Assembly: GCF_006345805.1 (NCBI RefSeq)
Contig: NW_021833024.1
Span: forward strand, 248,001-312,000
DNA length: 64,000 nt
Direction of reading: 5' to 3'
From: Octopus sinensis
Lineage: Eukaryota
Shown in pieces: positions 23,154 through 37,848 of this stretch; position 1 is the stretch's first letter; the number at the start of each line of letters is the position of its first letter. The position numbers were made by a program, and so were the translations under genes. The notes below the pieces were generated by a model. The model was not told where the DNA came from. It did not search any database and saw nothing but the letters and a program-made list of their open reading frames with translations.

Positions 23154-23760
23154 CGGGCGCCCTGTTATTTGAAACACAATTTAATTGTAAGTAGTTTGTT
23201 TAATAAATTACTCAGTGTTTTATTTGATTATTTAATCAATTTTTGTAACACAATTTTTATATAGATGCTATTTATTTAGTTAGATTTAGTCATATGAAAT
23301 TCTTTTTTAGCCAAAGAGATCAAAATTTAAAAAATATTAAAGGAGAAATAAATTATGTATAAAACAATTTTTATTTTAAAAATATTTTTAGTCCCATATA
23401 AGTTGTAAAATGATTGAAATTCAAAGAGGTTATTCTATTTTTACTAATAATTGAAAATGTTCGATAACATTACTAAGTAGTTTCTTATTGGAACTTTGTA
23501 CTTGTCTGGATTACAAATAGTGATAATTAGGAATTTAAAATAATAATCATTAAAAATCATTTAAAAATTAAATATTTTAGAACCCACTTTGGAGAGAAGA
23601 GAAACATTTGGGCTTTTTCAGAAAATCACAGTGACGATCCCCAACACGGCGGATTCTTTCCGGCCAGATTCGCCAATTTCGGGGATTGGCAAAATCTGGC
23701 GAATTTGAAAGAATTCTCGATTTTTTAATCAATTAAAAATTTAAATTAAGCCAAAAAAAA

Positions 23761-24106
23761 TTAATTAAAACCAAAATAATCAGTAAGTTTTGCCTTGTTT
23801 CTTTTTCGAGTTTGGATCATTGAAGATCCAATGTTTTCAATATATTCAAGACTGATCTTATTTTTGATTAATTCAATGAAATCTGATACTAAATTAGGGT
23901 AAAAATTTGGAGTTGCAGATTCTCCATGCATATTACGTAACTTCAAACCATTCCTTTTTTTAAAATTAACTAGCCACCCTTTGCTTCCTTTGAATTCAGT
24001 AATCCCGAGATTCAATGCAAAGGCTTTTGCTTTCTCAGTAATAATCCTAGACATTTTAGTTTTGCTTGTGCAGGACAACACACTTTATTTTTTTAAAGAA
24101 AGAACA
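23761..24106 (-). mobile_element. pogo/Tigger transposase remnant (CENP-B-type HTH)
   Basis: IITEKAKAFALNLGITEFKGSKGWLVNFKKRNGLKLRNMHGESA. Confidence 0.75.
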
Positions 24107-24117
24107 GTTATTACTAA

Positions 24118-24483
24118 GGCCTCGCCTGGGACGCAACCTGCTGCGACACCTTTCTGCTTCTCACTTAACTTCGTGTGCTCTGGAGGCCAAATCTGCAGCT
24201 AAGAAGGCTGAAGATTTAAAGCTTTTAAAATATTCTGCCCTCTCGGAGAAGTTTTCCGTGGTGCCGATCGCGGGGGAGACGTCGGGTGCTCTCGGTCCAA
24301 AAACAGAAAAGTTTCTTCGCAAGCTCGGAGCCAAAATCTCAATGCGCACCCATGATCCTCGGGAGGCGAACTGGCTAATGCAACGGTTCTCGATTGCCAT
24401 CATCCGGGGAAACAGTTTGGCAATCCGCCAGGCTACATATCTGCCATAAACATAATCCTATTGAGAAATTAATTATCGATTTT
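24118..24483 (+). mobile_element. 5'-truncated CRE-like 3' fragment
   Basis: KYSALSEKFSVVPIAGETSGALGP..REANWLMQRFSIAIIRGN. 11-bp direct repeat GTTATTACTAA at 24107-24117 and 24484-24494. Confidence 0.8.
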
Positions 24484-24559
24484 GTTATTACTAATTAATC
24501 CGAGAGAATTTTAATAGAACAACAATTATGAAAATAAAACAAGCAATGATTAATTTTTT

Positions 24560-25930
24560 TATTAATAATCTGCTCACAGTCGATTCTGCTTCCCTTTGAG
24601 GCAGAGCCAATCTCTTTGATGGGCACACTTATTCATCTTGGAGGGCCGACTTCTTCTGTGGGCGTTCTCAATTCCGATTCAATGGCCTCACTCTGCAAAG
24701 CTTCCTCCGTTGTTTCACTTTTAAACCCAGTCTTTTGGCATTTTTCAGGCAGGATCATTCCAAACTTATATTCTGTACGCATACATTCCAATGTTTCCTG
24801 GTCTTTCGAGACCGATTGACTTGGAGTCATGTTTATAGAATTCACTTATAAGACCGCCCCATGTTAGTACCAATGGTACTATAGTTACCTTTGCGTTGTG
24901 GATTACTCCCAGTTCACTGGCAAGAAACTTGTATTTATTGAGTTTTTTATCTCAACTTGCTTGAGGTTTTTTGGGAGGTGATCCCAATTCTATAAGCGTG
25001 ATATTGTTCGTCATTTTGTCGAAGTATGAAAATGTCCAGCTTGTTATTTTCGCCTTTTGTATCCGTATTTATTGTCCTGTCAACACAAATCTCCACAGAG
25101 TTATTCGCAGTTACTGACTGAACACAATGAGTTTTCAACCTTATGAAGTTCATAATTACAGTAGACTATCCATTTAACGAAAAAAAATTTAACGAAAATA
25201 TTCATTTTACGAAAGTCAAAATATTTTTTTACGTTTTTCCTTAGATAAATTCAAAAATAAAATTTTTTTTTCTTTGTATTAGTGAATATTTAAATATTTA
25301 ACGAATATTTAAATAACGAAAATTAAAATTTTGATAAAATTTTAAAATAATTTTTCCTCGCTATTTCTTTGTAGTAAACCATGTGTGCAAGGGTGAACAA
25401 TATGAAGAAAAAAAAAACTGGAAGTTATTGATTTCAAGAAGAATAATCCTGCTGTTACAAAAAAAGTATTAAATTTAAATCACCTTACAATTAAAGATAA
25501 TAAAAGTGAAATTATGATTGAGTTTCCTGTCTGTGCACCTGTCGTCTGCGAAGAAAACGCGTATCTTGATACAATACAATGTGAGGAAGAAAATGAGCAT
25601 GAAGAAATAGATAGCACAAATGACAATCCCATTGGTTATGCAGATGCACTTAAATATTTGGAAAATATTGAAAATATTTTTTGCAAGAATCTGGTGAACA
25701 TATTCACCTAGTTACAAATTTGAGAAATATATTGGCAAAAATTAAAAAGAAGGAACCTAAAATTACCGATTACATGACACATTTTTAATTAAACAATTTT
25801 TTTCGTTAAATTCATTTAACGAATGCTCAATTTTCATTTTCGTTAAATGAATAGTCTACTGTACATACTTCCTGCATAAATGCAGATGTATGCACTTACA
25901 GAGAATCACGCATTCTATAAATTTCTAGAC
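24560..25930 (-). mobile_element. R4/Dong-like RLE 3' fragment split by a MITE
   Basis: KCIHLHLCRKY|VIMNFIRLKTHCVQ reads through once the MITE is removed; IELGITSQ..KKLNKYKFLASEL..VPLVLTWGG. Confidence 0.75.
25159..25861. mobile_element. pogo/Tigger-type non-autonomous element (703 bp)
   Basis: TIR CAGTAGACTAT(C/T)CATTTAACGAAAA at both ends, TA duplication (25157-58, 25862-63), and an internal remnant of a Tigger-like C-terminus (..KKEPKITDY). Confidence 0.88.
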
Positions 25931-26379
25931 TGTAGCACACTTATAAAATCAAATAACTTTTTGAAATTTCAAAGATAATTGAAAAATGAATAAAGTTAAT
26001 CTCCCATTTTTGAAATTTGTTGGAATTACGACAAATGGGGCTCCTTCTATGCTTGCGAACTAAAGAGCACAATTATATTACTCCAAAAAGAAATGTAGAA
26101 TCTTGGTATTCAGCACACTTTGATTAAGATTCACTGTGTTATTCATTAAGAGGCGGTTGCTAAATCATTCAATGGCAGTGGATGCTGCTTTTAATTTTAT
26201 TTTATCCCATGGCTTAAATAATCGGCATTTCAGACTATTTGTAATGGATACTGAGGCAGAATATGGAGATCTCTTATACTTTTCTAATGTGAGATGTGTG
26301 ACAATTTGATACTGCAATTCCACATCAAATGGAATTATTTGAAATTCAATGCGACACTCCACTTAAATGAAAATATTTT

Positions 26380-26620
26380 CTGGATTGGATATTTTTAGTT
26401 CCACAAAAAATTTGTATGCCAAAAAATATCCACATTTAATCGACAATGCAAAGAAAATGACATTTAATTTTATGTATACACTTATTCTCCAAAATTAATA
26501 ATGTAAAAAATTGTTTAAGAACGGGAATGACTAATTTGCATCTCAATAATATATTACTTTTAGCAACTAGCAAGATTAACTTAGATTTTTGTTAAAAACT
26601 CAATTCACTTTTTGAAAATG
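26380..26620 (+). mobile_element. hAT C-terminal dimerization-domain remnant
   Basis: KYPHLIDNAKKM...FSKINNVKNCLRTGMTNLHLNNILLLATS. Confidence 0.55.
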
Positions 26621-26799
26621 TAAGATTTTTTGTCTGACCCAAATAAAATTTTGTCATTCAATAAATAATTGGCACATTTTTAGTAATGATGCGATTATTT
26701 ATTTTTAAAATTGTGGTTCTTATTAAATTTGTTCTGTTTTTATTGAACAGAATTTAATTGTTTGTTAATTTATAGTTTCCTGGTAACGAATTAGTACAA

Positions 26800-29277
26800 A
26801 TGGGCAAAAAAGTAAACTATTTTATTCTTTAATTTTGAGAAAACAAATTCGATCAAAAAATCAACTGAACTTGAACGTTTGACTCAAATAAGTATTGCGT
26901 AACAAAATTAATTCTCAGAACTTCAAGAAGAAGCCGAACAAAGAAAATTAGAAGAATACAACCGTCAAATTGAAATTGAACGAGAAAACAAAATCAAAGC
27001 TGTAATCTTTTCAATCTATAAAACAGAAAACAACTCAGTCAATATTTGAAACAAACCAACTCGATGAAATGCGTTCAATAATATACAACCAAAGCCAAAT
27101 AGAAAAACTCAAAGAGTACGAAAACTACAAAGTTAACAAAATTCTCTAACTTAGTGGAATCGGTTTACTCGTTGTGACGGAAGTGTTGACCCATTGGACA
27201 TTAAGGAAGTAAATACATTTATCTCGTTATGGCTGGAACATGGGTCAGATGATATAAAAGAAATATTAGATGCATGTTCGAAAGTGATTAATGTACATAA
27301 CTCTATTCTAAGCTTTAGATGTTAAATGAAATCACATTTATTTCCAAATTTAAAGATTCGATTGATTATGAGACATATGAACAAGTAAAATATTTACTTT
27401 GGTTTTCAATGCAAGAAAAAATCGATAAAGGGACATTTAAAATACTTGAAAATGCAATTGGTCAGGACTTGGATGTAGATACTGGAAATTTAAACATTGT
27501 TTCGCGGAATAGGGACATTGTTTTTAACCTTTGGGGAAATTTAAGTAAAACTTTAAAGTCTTGTCGATGATAAACTCTTAAAGGGTCACAAGTCACCACT
27601 TTCCTCTTATAAATTTAACATTTGAAATATCTCGGAGCATACAATCATCAGATGTGGCGATTAGACTACTATGGGAGAGTTATGACATGCTAACCTGCAC
27701 TTCCCAAAGTTATAAAATCAGAAAACATCCGAAAAATCAAAATTCAATACGAATCGTGACAAATTGCACAAATTCTGACAGTTTAATTATTATTGACTTA
27801 TATCAGTCACAAAAAACGATTCCGAACTTGAATCGGACCAAGTAGGCAATTTAATTGTATTAAAATAACTAAAATGATTTTAATAAGACCAAAGAAAAAG
27901 AATTAGAAAGCAACATTAATGGCAACCAAGAAATAGTCGAAAGTGACTGTGAAGACCCAGAAGGTTGTTTATTTGAGATTATTTTAGATTTATGGGAATT
28001 TGGAGAATTTGACTTAGACTCTGAAATTATGGATATGCGTTGTTATCGAACTATAGGAGGACTGTACCATTTGGAATTGCTAAGTCTTCCCCCTCAACCA
28101 ATAATAATTAATCAAAATCTGAAAATGAAAATATGTATGGTCAATAATGATATTTTAAAGTGGCTGAAGATTGTTACTTACAAAAGATAATGTATGCTGT
28201 GGACGATATTCCTCAAACTGAAAAAAATAAAGTTATGAACGGAACCTCAATTCGAATAAATTTCAAGTTATATTATTTTAGCTTAAACGTAGACTACCAA
28301 ATAACGTTCTTATAACTGAACAGCCTGAAATAGCATGTTGGGACGAGAAAGAACTTAATTGGAGAACAGACTGGACGTCAAATGTAACATTCGAAGAGGG
28401 TTTTGTTTTGGTGTTATTTTTTTGATAATCGAATGCTGACATTTTATTTGAAAAAAATAAGTCCGTTCGCGATGATGCAAGACCGATATATTCACATGCC
28501 ATACCAGTCGTGGGAAATAAGACCAAAGTCCGTCAATCACGTGTTCATCAACGTAATCACTTCAATAGTGGAATTTGAAATAGAAATCAGAGTACAGCAC
28601 ATAAATGTTTATTTTAAGGATGACAAACTTTGTTTGTCGTCAATGCAAGGATATCGCGAATTGGATCACATGATTGGCAATTGGATGTCTTTAGAATGCT
28701 TTGTTCAGGTTTTTTAAAGTATTTAAATATAGGCATTATATGATTTTGGAATCAATATCTTTCCCAGCGAAGATTCAAACTACTTTTTACAAATGAATAA
28801 AAAAGTTGAATTTTTATCAAAATTTAAAGAGAAAAAAAATAACCGACAAACTATATTTTAACATTTCGGTTGCAGCACCGATGGTAGGATTTGCTTATTC
28901 ACATTTCAACGGACAAGTCGACAAGGAGACTGTCATATTACAAATGGCAAAGCCCAGCAGAGAAGGCACAATCAATGAAGTAGAATTGAGTCATTTATTC
29001 TTAGGTCGACTGGGTAGTGGTTAAGGCTTCGAATAAATACGTTGAATGTCTGAAAATATTAGAATTTGAACCAAATTTTAGCAGTGAACAAATGAACGAA
29101 GAAGCTGAGGTTTGGTTTGATTTTTGACTCTAACAGTTCCACGCTACACTTTATCACGTTGCGTGTGATTTATACGGAGAAGAAAAATTGGATGTCTCGT
29201 TTGCAGATAATTGGAAATTATACAACACATTGGAATCGTTTCTCCAAAAAGTGGATTTTTTGAATTATAGTGTTTAA
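26800..29277 (+). CDS. DNAI7: Axonemal dynein intermediate chain 7 / CASC1
   Basis: Multi-exon: WNRFTRCDGSVDPLDIKEVNTFISLW, FNLWGNL, RTIGGLYHLELLSLPPQP, NWRTD, MPYQSWEIRP, and C-terminal FHATLYH..FLNYSV*. Exact exon boundaries were only partly checked. Confidence 0.85.
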
Positions 29278-30404
29278 CCCTGATGCTAATATGAAATAAC
29301 ACAAAATTGCTATTCTTTTTTCTATTGGGTTTCGCAAGCTTCATTGGCACGTACTTTACTAGTTCAAAAGGGATATTATCTGGTCCCCAGATCCGCCGGT
29401 TTTCAGTTTTTGATTGTCTCAAATGCTTCACAATTGTTTATTGGCAAACTTAGTGCTTCTATAGTATACGGGTAGGGTTTGATTTCTAAATTGATATTGA
29501 AATACAAATCTGAAAGACAGATAATTAAAAATACAAGACTATATCATTTTCTATGCTAAATGATTATAGTTTCAAGCTAGATGGAAAAACGTCAATAACT
29601 TTTAAAACTGTAAAAAATCATTTATTAAAATTTCATGTTTTCTAAAGCTACTACATTTCCTTGTATATGGGCAATACAACTACAAACAAATCAGGAACAA
29701 TTAAAATTTTGCCTTATAATACAGGCATGATTTCGCGAATAAAAAACAATTGTACTTTTTCTAATAAAAATAAATGATTTGACTAATACCAATAAGTTTT
29801 TTAAATTCTTTACGAAAAAATAGTTCACTTTTATGTTGCAATTCTATGGAAGAAAAACTTAGGCCATTGATTGTTGAAAAATTTAAAAACCTTCAAAAAT
29901 TTCAATCATGCTAATTTCTAAAAACTGAGATAAACCGGATCCAATTTTAATATTGAACTATTGGAATCAAATTGAAAAAATTCTGATTTCTTAAATTTCA
30001 AAGATATCATTACAGAAAAACAAAAACAATTTCTTGAACAAAACATTGAATGTAGAAAGTAACGAATATTTATAACAAAGATTTAGAAAACGATGAAATT
30101 GAAACAATTGAAAACGAAAGATTTCAAAACGAAGAAAAATTTTAACTTATCTTTAAATTGCTAAAAGAATTTTAAGATCCTCGACTTAATTTTATGAAAA
30201 ATTTAAAAAGTAACAGGAAAACTGCGATAAAATAACTAATTATTTTTCTAAAATTGATTTTTGATGTTTAAAAATCGTTGGTTTTAGAATTACTATATTT
30301 ACTAACTATTTATTTATTTAATTTATTTTAAAATAGTATACATCAACTCTAGTGGTGCATGGCTGGTGTTAATATTGTCATTTATTAGAAAGAAAAGAGA
30401 ATTT

Positions 30405-33221
30405 ATGAACAGTCAGAATTTAAAAATTATAATCGAGGTATTATATAAATATAAAACAGACAATTCTCCCAAACGGAAAAAGAGGGATGAAGCCGATTCC
30501 GAAGAACGTCTCGAATCTTTGATTGCCCACATAAGCTTTAAAGTATGCCCAAACCAACATTTTAACAGTCTTCCGGTTCATTGGAAAGCACGATTGAAAG
30601 TCTTGCAAAATTACTAATGTCCGACCTCCCCAATAACATCGAATCTGTCATTTCTATCATCAGTGACTGGTAATACATATTCTAATCCAAGTATAATAAA
30701 CATGCCAGAAAAACTAACAATTTATTCAACTCTTATCGGCATAATGAACGTCCACGATTGCCACTTTGGGACTATGGTTGGTACAGTCTGACATTATTAG
30801 TTCATCGATTTTTATGCTCGACATTTAAAAAGTTTGTTAAAAAAAGGTGAATATGACAACGCTCTCATAATAATCCGTTCAATTTGCGATTTTGTGAATT
30901 GTAATATTCTCACTGAAAACTCTGTTTTGAATCTACTCGACAACTTTCTTGAAGTCACCTACGATGACGATATTCCTCAAGTTTATGGTAGGTTATATAT
31001 TTCAGAGTCGGTCTGACTGGTATTGCTATGTCGTCATGTCTTCCCTTCCTTGGGTTGATTTTCTTTTTTATTTTAGGTTGGGAAAAATTTTTATGAAAAA
31101 AGAAATTCTGATTTTATCCGTCTTTTAGACACAATTGACAGATACATGTCAAAACGGAGGAAACTTGGCACCGATTTCCTCTCAGTGTGGTCCTCTCAGC
31201 CACACCTGCCACAAGAAGAGGTATTTTTGTAACCAATCAGTCCAGTTGCTCCAAGTCACGTGGTTTCAGATCCAAGATCTCCACAAAGACAATTGGACTG
31301 AAAATGGAATAATCAGACCATATTTAGAACTGGAGGGTATTCTGTCGCAAGGATCCTGCCACATCCTGCCCGATGTTGTCCCCCCTCCACATAAGGAGTC
31401 ATGTATATATCCCCTCCCTTCTGTGGTCTTCCGTTTGTTTGACTACAACGATGTCCCAGAGGTAATCCACCGAGAATTGATTTCAGGGACTAACAATTCC
31501 TGGGAGTCACTCGATTGATAGATATTTCGTGGATTCTACCATATCTGGGATAGTCGACAGTTATCACCAAGATGTGAAAGCCTGGTATTTTCTAACTGTT
31601 TGATTTCAGTGCTGAAAAGTTGTTGGAGTTCTCTACTTTACGTCAAGTGGCATATAATTACATAATTTCAGAAGTAAGTCGCGAATTTGTTCATTAAAGG
31701 TGCTTTTTGGGAAGCTTCTGTCAATGACGACCAAAAAACTGCCAGAAATGTTTTTTGGTGCGATTTGGATAAGTTTAATAAAAATAAACCCCGTGGAAAT
31801 GCCACAAATTGTTGATAGTCAAATATATATTTTAGATGGCCCAGTCAATTTCCCTGCTTTACCGGAATATGGAAAATATGAACATGGCTTGTATCAATAG
31901 GTTGATTTTGGTTGAATATTCAGACTGGCTCGATGGTTTTCTCATGCTCTCAGTAATTTCCATTTTCGGTGGAATTGGGAAGATTGGCGTGATTGTCTGC
32001 TCGTCCACAAAGAGCACCCAAAGGCTAAATTTGTCTCCGAGACATTGCGTTTGTCGATGAGGTATTTGTGGTGAATGATCAGACTGTCGTACTACGAGAA
32101 AATAACGTCGACAGTGTTGAGTGAAATGTCCTCCATGTGGCCTCATCCCCCCGAATGCACATATCAATATCACCAAACCACTTCTGTGGACTCTAAAAAC
32201 ACGGAATCCGCCTCAAAAATCACCCAGGCTATCAAAAATAAATGCACTGTTGGAGAAATGGCAAATCTCCTCGACCAATTGTTCCCAGACTCGTCCAGTT
32301 GGCTTGTTTTCTCAATTTATTTAGACGATATGGAAACGGGAGATGCGAAAATACAAGTTTTTTTCACGACTTTGTGTTATTTGGGGTCGAGTGCAATGAG
32401 CTTCACATTTGCTGCCCTCACAAAGTATTTTCGAATAGTTTACCGAGATATTCGAATTTACTTCGACAGATGGTGGAGGGGAATAGACAAATGGTCGTCC
32501 TTCTCAATTCATTGAGGAGTTGTTGGAGAAGGAACGAACAGGTTACGTAATCTAGTCGACTTTGACTAGATGATGGTGGTTTTGGTGGACAAGATGGTCA
32601 GAATGGAGTTGGTTGAACATGCGGCAGTCATAAATTGGATTTTTGGTGAGGAAATGTCCAAAGATTTGTCTTGTTTTTACGTCTGGGAGATCATTCATCG
32701 GACGATTAGATCTGTTTCTGCAAAATTAGAATCACTAAAGATCAAATTGGAGAATTCCAGGGACGTTTATGATCTCAATCTTCGCAAATATGTATTCTTG
32801 ATGGACTAATCCTTCAGAGTGACACTTTAAGTTATGATGACGATCGTGAAAGACCAACTCTCGACTCACTTCGCCAAATGGAAGAAAATATAGTCCGGTG
32901 TCAAAGCCTGCAAAAGAAGACGCTATTTTTGATGTTGCGAGTATTTCTACTATCTAATTGAATAAGCGACTTGTTGCTACGTTGAGTGAATATATAATGC
33001 GTTTTGAAGAGAATAACGTTGCCACAGATCAGTTGATGTTTAATGCGATTATTGACAGGCTTAAGGAGATTTTATTTGATGTATATTTGTTGATGTATTT
33101 TGTGTAGTATCAGGAATATACATTTTATTTTTTGAAGGATCTCAAGTTGGAGGTGTTTACGGATGATTTGGATGAACGTATTCTTAATGTTTATTTTGCC
33201 TTTTCTTCTCTCAAGGATTAA
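30405..33221 (+). CDS. NCBP1: Nuclear cap-binding protein subunit 1 (CBP80)
   Basis: EERLESLIAHI, MPEKLTIYSTLIGIMN, RPYLELEGIL, LPSVVFRLFDY, PKEHPKAKFV, FFTTLCYLGSSAMSFTFAAL, LDERILNVYFAFSSLKD*. Many 22-30 nt introns; start codon uncertain. Confidence 0.9.
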
Positions 33222-34223
33222 TTCTGTTTTTTCTTACTACTTTTTACTTTTTGTGATAAATTTGTTGTTATAAATTCTTATCAATTTCTCAAACATGACA
33301 CAAAATTGGATTCATTAGAAAAACCTTGTCCTAGAAAAAATGACTTGGTGGATACTCTACTGCTGCTGATGAAGTCCTGCTTCATCTACTGGATATAGAA
33401 ATACTGTAAAAGCTATATTTTTTGCAATCTAGATTTACAAATATTTGTAAAGCAGTTTCTTTGATCAACCATGGAAACCTGAAGAATATAAAAAACACAA
33501 ATAAACTTCTGTATGATAAAAGAGTCTTAAATAATCTTAATTCCTATTTATACAAAATTTCTTAAAAATCTCTTCCAAATCTATTTTAGACTTTTTAGTA
33601 CCCTAATTATAGAGATGCGCAGGAAGTTTTTTAGCCAGATTTCAAGAATAGAGAAGACACGCGTGCAAATATAACTATCAAGAATTCTTCGAAACCACTG
33701 GACAGGAGTTCTGAGATTGGTTGCAAATTATAGGTCTTGACCTTCAAAGTCGGAGACGTTGGCCAAAACACAAGTCGAAATAAAACGGCGCTGGTTTAGT
33801 AGAAAGTTCTCAGCTCCTACAAACATAGAAGTCCTCTTGCAGTCCTACGAACAAAAAATATAATGCAATTGCGGGAATCAAGGTACACTTCCGAGACCTT
33901 AATTTTTTCCGTTTTTCGTGTTCCATTTGGAAAATAAAAATAAATAAATATGACAAAAACGGATCAAAGATATTCAATTAATTGTTACAAACACTAAAAA
34001 ATTCCCTAAATCGATTGTTTTGTTATTTTTATCAATAAAATAAATTGATAAAAATGTCCCGAGTCCGCACACTTTACGACGTGTTGTTAAGCCAATCTTT
34101 TCACTGGCGGCGAATATCCTCATTAGTATGAACTATATTTTGATTTTTACGTATTAAATATAATATAAACATTTATGTCATTTTTAAATTGTCCACAATT
34201 TTGAAATTTAATTAATTAACTAA

Positions 34224-37200
34224 TTAACTTTCCTTTTCCATATTAGTTTGCTCCGCCAAGTTTACTCTCGGAATCCTCTTCCCGCTATCTGTTCCCACTT
34301 CGGAGTTGTTTCCTTCATCGGCGGAAACTACAGAATCTCGCCGTCTCTTCACCGATTTCCGTCCTTCGTCAAATGAGTTACCTGAGGTAGACATATTTTC
34401 GAAGCCAAATTTGTGTTCTACTATCATGCTTTCCATTGTTTTTTTCAAACCAACAGTCTGGATGTATGCTTGCACACTTTCTTTGATTTTAAGAAGGTCC
34501 ATATATTTTCTGAAGAATGTAGAGACTATCCCATCCCACGTGAGGACAATCGGTACAATCTTTACCTTAGCCTTGTGAATTAATTGTAATTCACTGGCTA
34601 GAATGTCGTATTTATGCATTTTTTCCACTTCCACCGATTTCAAATTATCTATCGAGGTAACACCCACTTCAATGATCCATATCAAATTTTCCTTCTTGTC
34701 ATACAGGAATATATCAGGCTTGTTATATTGTATTTTTAGTTCAGTTGGAATTGTAGTATCGACCCGAATTTCCGCAGAGCTATTCGACATTATACACTGC
34801 ACGGAGTGGTTTTTCAGTCTCTTGGACTTCTTCATTCCAAATCTCCGACACAAGTGCATGTGAACACACCTCACAATCTCGTTATGCCTTCTGGTATAAT
34901 CTGAATTTAGCATTCTACTGCATCGCGTCGCAAGATGGTCCACGGTTTTAGGCGAGGATTTACAATGTGGGCATTTTCATCAGAGTTTCTGAAAAAGACG
35001 TTTCTGTCTTGAAGAAAAGAGAACATTGCCTCAGATTTAGGAGATATATTCCCTTTCTTTAGCCATGTTGAAGATGTTGGGATATCAAAAGTATTATTCT
35101 CAAGCGACTCAAATAGCTTCGAATGCAACCTTTTCTTTTTAATACTAAGCAACAGTGACTCTATCTGCAAGTCACGTAGTGATTTAGCAATCTCATCGAG
35201 TGTGGTTGTTCCATATTTACAATGCAGGAATTCTGTGATTGTGGCCATATGGGTTTTCCTTTTCTGTTCGGCCCACAAAATTGCTGCTTTTCTCAAGGAG
35301 ATTAACTTTCGCCTTTCCAAATTGGTTTTGAAGTCCAACAGCATTTTTTCCGCCTTAAGGCAACTGATACAAGTCCCCTTCCAAGTGTATCTCTTGGCAG
35401 ATACAGTCTTTCTTTACAGGCTGGCTTCATGTGAATTTTCAAATCAGCCAACAGCTTTCTGACAAACTTGTCCATTTCTTCGAAACAAGATGGTTCCAGA
35501 TCGAGTAGACCGATATAATAGTTAATCAGCGATAGAGCATGCTCATTAATTGCTCTAAATAGATTGACTGCATTTAGTTTAGTTTCCGATAGTCTTCCAA
35601 TACGCTTTTGCATTCTTCTTTAATATTTTGAGTACATCCTCTTTAAGAACATTACTGCATCTGTCTTCTAGCACCCCCAGATAGCGATAGCTATCTAGTC
35701 CATCCATTAATGTAGCTTCATTCCTCAACAAATAACAATTTGTCGCTGATTTCTCAAAATTCTTCTCCAAACCAGCCAGTTTAAAGTAAATGTTCACATC
35801 CTCCATCATGCGTGCCAGTGTCTCTCCTTCTGAGCAAAAAGCTTCAAATCATCGATGAATAGAAAATGATTGGTAGAAAAGGTTAAGGACTTGTCTTCAC
35901 CAGTATTGATTGACATACTCGGATATTTTAAAATAAAATCCTGCTTAATGGATCCAAGACCAATACAAATAACTGTGGTGACAGTGAGTCACCTTGGAGT
36001 ATACCACGATCAATATTAACTGTTCCAAGCAGCTCTTTTCCTAATCTTAACGACACTCTCCAGTTAGGAATTATTGACATCATAAATTTCGTTATCCATT
36101 TAGGTAGTCCTGAGTTTTCCAAAACTTCAAAAAGAAATTCGTGACTCACTGAGTCAAAAGCTTTCTTTACGTCGATCCATGCACATAATAATTTGTTTCC
36201 ATAAACTTCATTAACGCGTCTATTTAGAAGCGCTAATTCCTTTGCTCCTTGGCAATGGCGTTTAGATCCCAACTGGAACTCCGTTATCAGATCGTAAGTA
36301 TCAGCATATACAGCGATTTTTTCGTTCACACATTTTGTGACCAATTTATATAAGCACGGCATGCATGTAATTGGTCTAAGGTCCTTCGGATCAACAGAGT
36401 TTGCTTTCTTTGGGATTAAAAATGTAATTCCAGTGTAAAACCATCCTTGTGGTTGACTGACACCATTAATAATATTTCTGATCTCTTGGAAAAGAAATTT
36501 GTGAAGAGAGTCCAGCTTTTTGATAAAGAAATTGTACACAGCATCACATCCCGGAGCCTTCCAATTAGGAAGGTACTCAATTAAGTTTGATATAAACTCG
36601 TCGCTAACGTCAGGTGCATTATCTTCCACTCCAGTTACTCTTTTGTTCACTCCAAGGCCCAATCAGTTTTATCCCTTTTCTTCCAAACATCACCCCAAAA
36701 CTTGAGACACTCAGACGAGTCAAAACCAGCAATTTGTTTGTTATCAGAATTGGGATTCAGCTTTCTGTAGAACGATCTTCTGTTCAACTCGAAGTTTCTA
36801 TTATCTATTCCATATTGCCTTCTTGAATCTGAAACTGATAACTTTTTGTTTAGAATTTTGATTTGATCATTTATTGTAGACGATATTCTCTCAAACTCCC
36901 CCCTTTTAGACTTCTTATAATTGTAGGAGCAGAGAATGTCTACTGCTTTCTTCCGTTCCTCATCTTTAGTGGTGGACATAAAATGCTTTGATATTAACCG
37001 ATCATTCTCCATCAAAGATTCAATTTTATTTTGGATTTTTTGTTTCCAATTCGACTTGAATGTCAATTTACTTGATATCTGTTGATATACACATTGTGCT
37101 GAGTATATCAAAGACGAAATATCCTCAATACTTGCAGGAATGTTATTCGACGTGTATTCAATTAGGGCTTTATTAATCATTTCAATCACTTCATGATTTA

Positions 37201-37848
37201 CATGCTGAGATTGAATCTTTCTTGTTTGCTTCCTTTCTTCGATTGGTATTGATTTATTTTGATCAATTTGAATTAATAATCTTCAAAAATTTTGTTGTAC
37301 AGTGTCAAATCAGGTAATTTTCTATTCATATTATGTCCAGTTTTGGTGATTTCATTATTTCCGCGGAAAGTAGTAGCAAGTTTTTTCAATTCGAATATCG
37401 ATTTTTTCTTACCAAATTTAGAATTAAAATAGCTGGCCATAAGTGGCCACCCTCCCCTAGGTACTCGCTTGAGACGATCTTTGACATAGTTCAAAAGAGA
37501 TGACATCCACTCTCCTGGGTTGGACGAATCAATAGACTCACAAATAGCTTTTAAGGATAACAAAGTTGACGAGAGCTGCTGAGTTTCATTGTATTTGACA
37601 GGGGCATTAAGACAGCCATGAACAGACAAATCCACATTTTCTTGAGCGTCATTTACTTGGTATTCTGTGGATGCGTCCATGGAAATGACTTTTCCAGACT
37701 GAGAAAAACCAACCATCCTTACACCACTAAACAAACTTAATTTCTTACATTTATGTATATATAAATATTTGTTTAGGGATCGTTGAGACCCAAATAGAGC
37801 ATGCTTCTTCAAAAAAGAAACTGGACAGTTGTATAATAAGGAACACAC
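34224..37848 (-). mobile_element. Near-full-length R4/Dong-like non-LTR retrotransposon (RT + RLE), about 6 frame breaks
   Basis: WKAPGCD, LRPITC, DVKKAFDSVSH, GILQGDSLSP, FIDDLKL, YRYLGV, DHLATRC..RHNEIV, KPDI..IEV. Confidence 0.88.

Noticed and set aside
29330-29431. GPDNIPFELVK peptide as a gene overlapping CASC1
   Set aside because: A tiny LINE RT N-terminal relic; the longer ORF is just the antisense of the CASC1 last exon.
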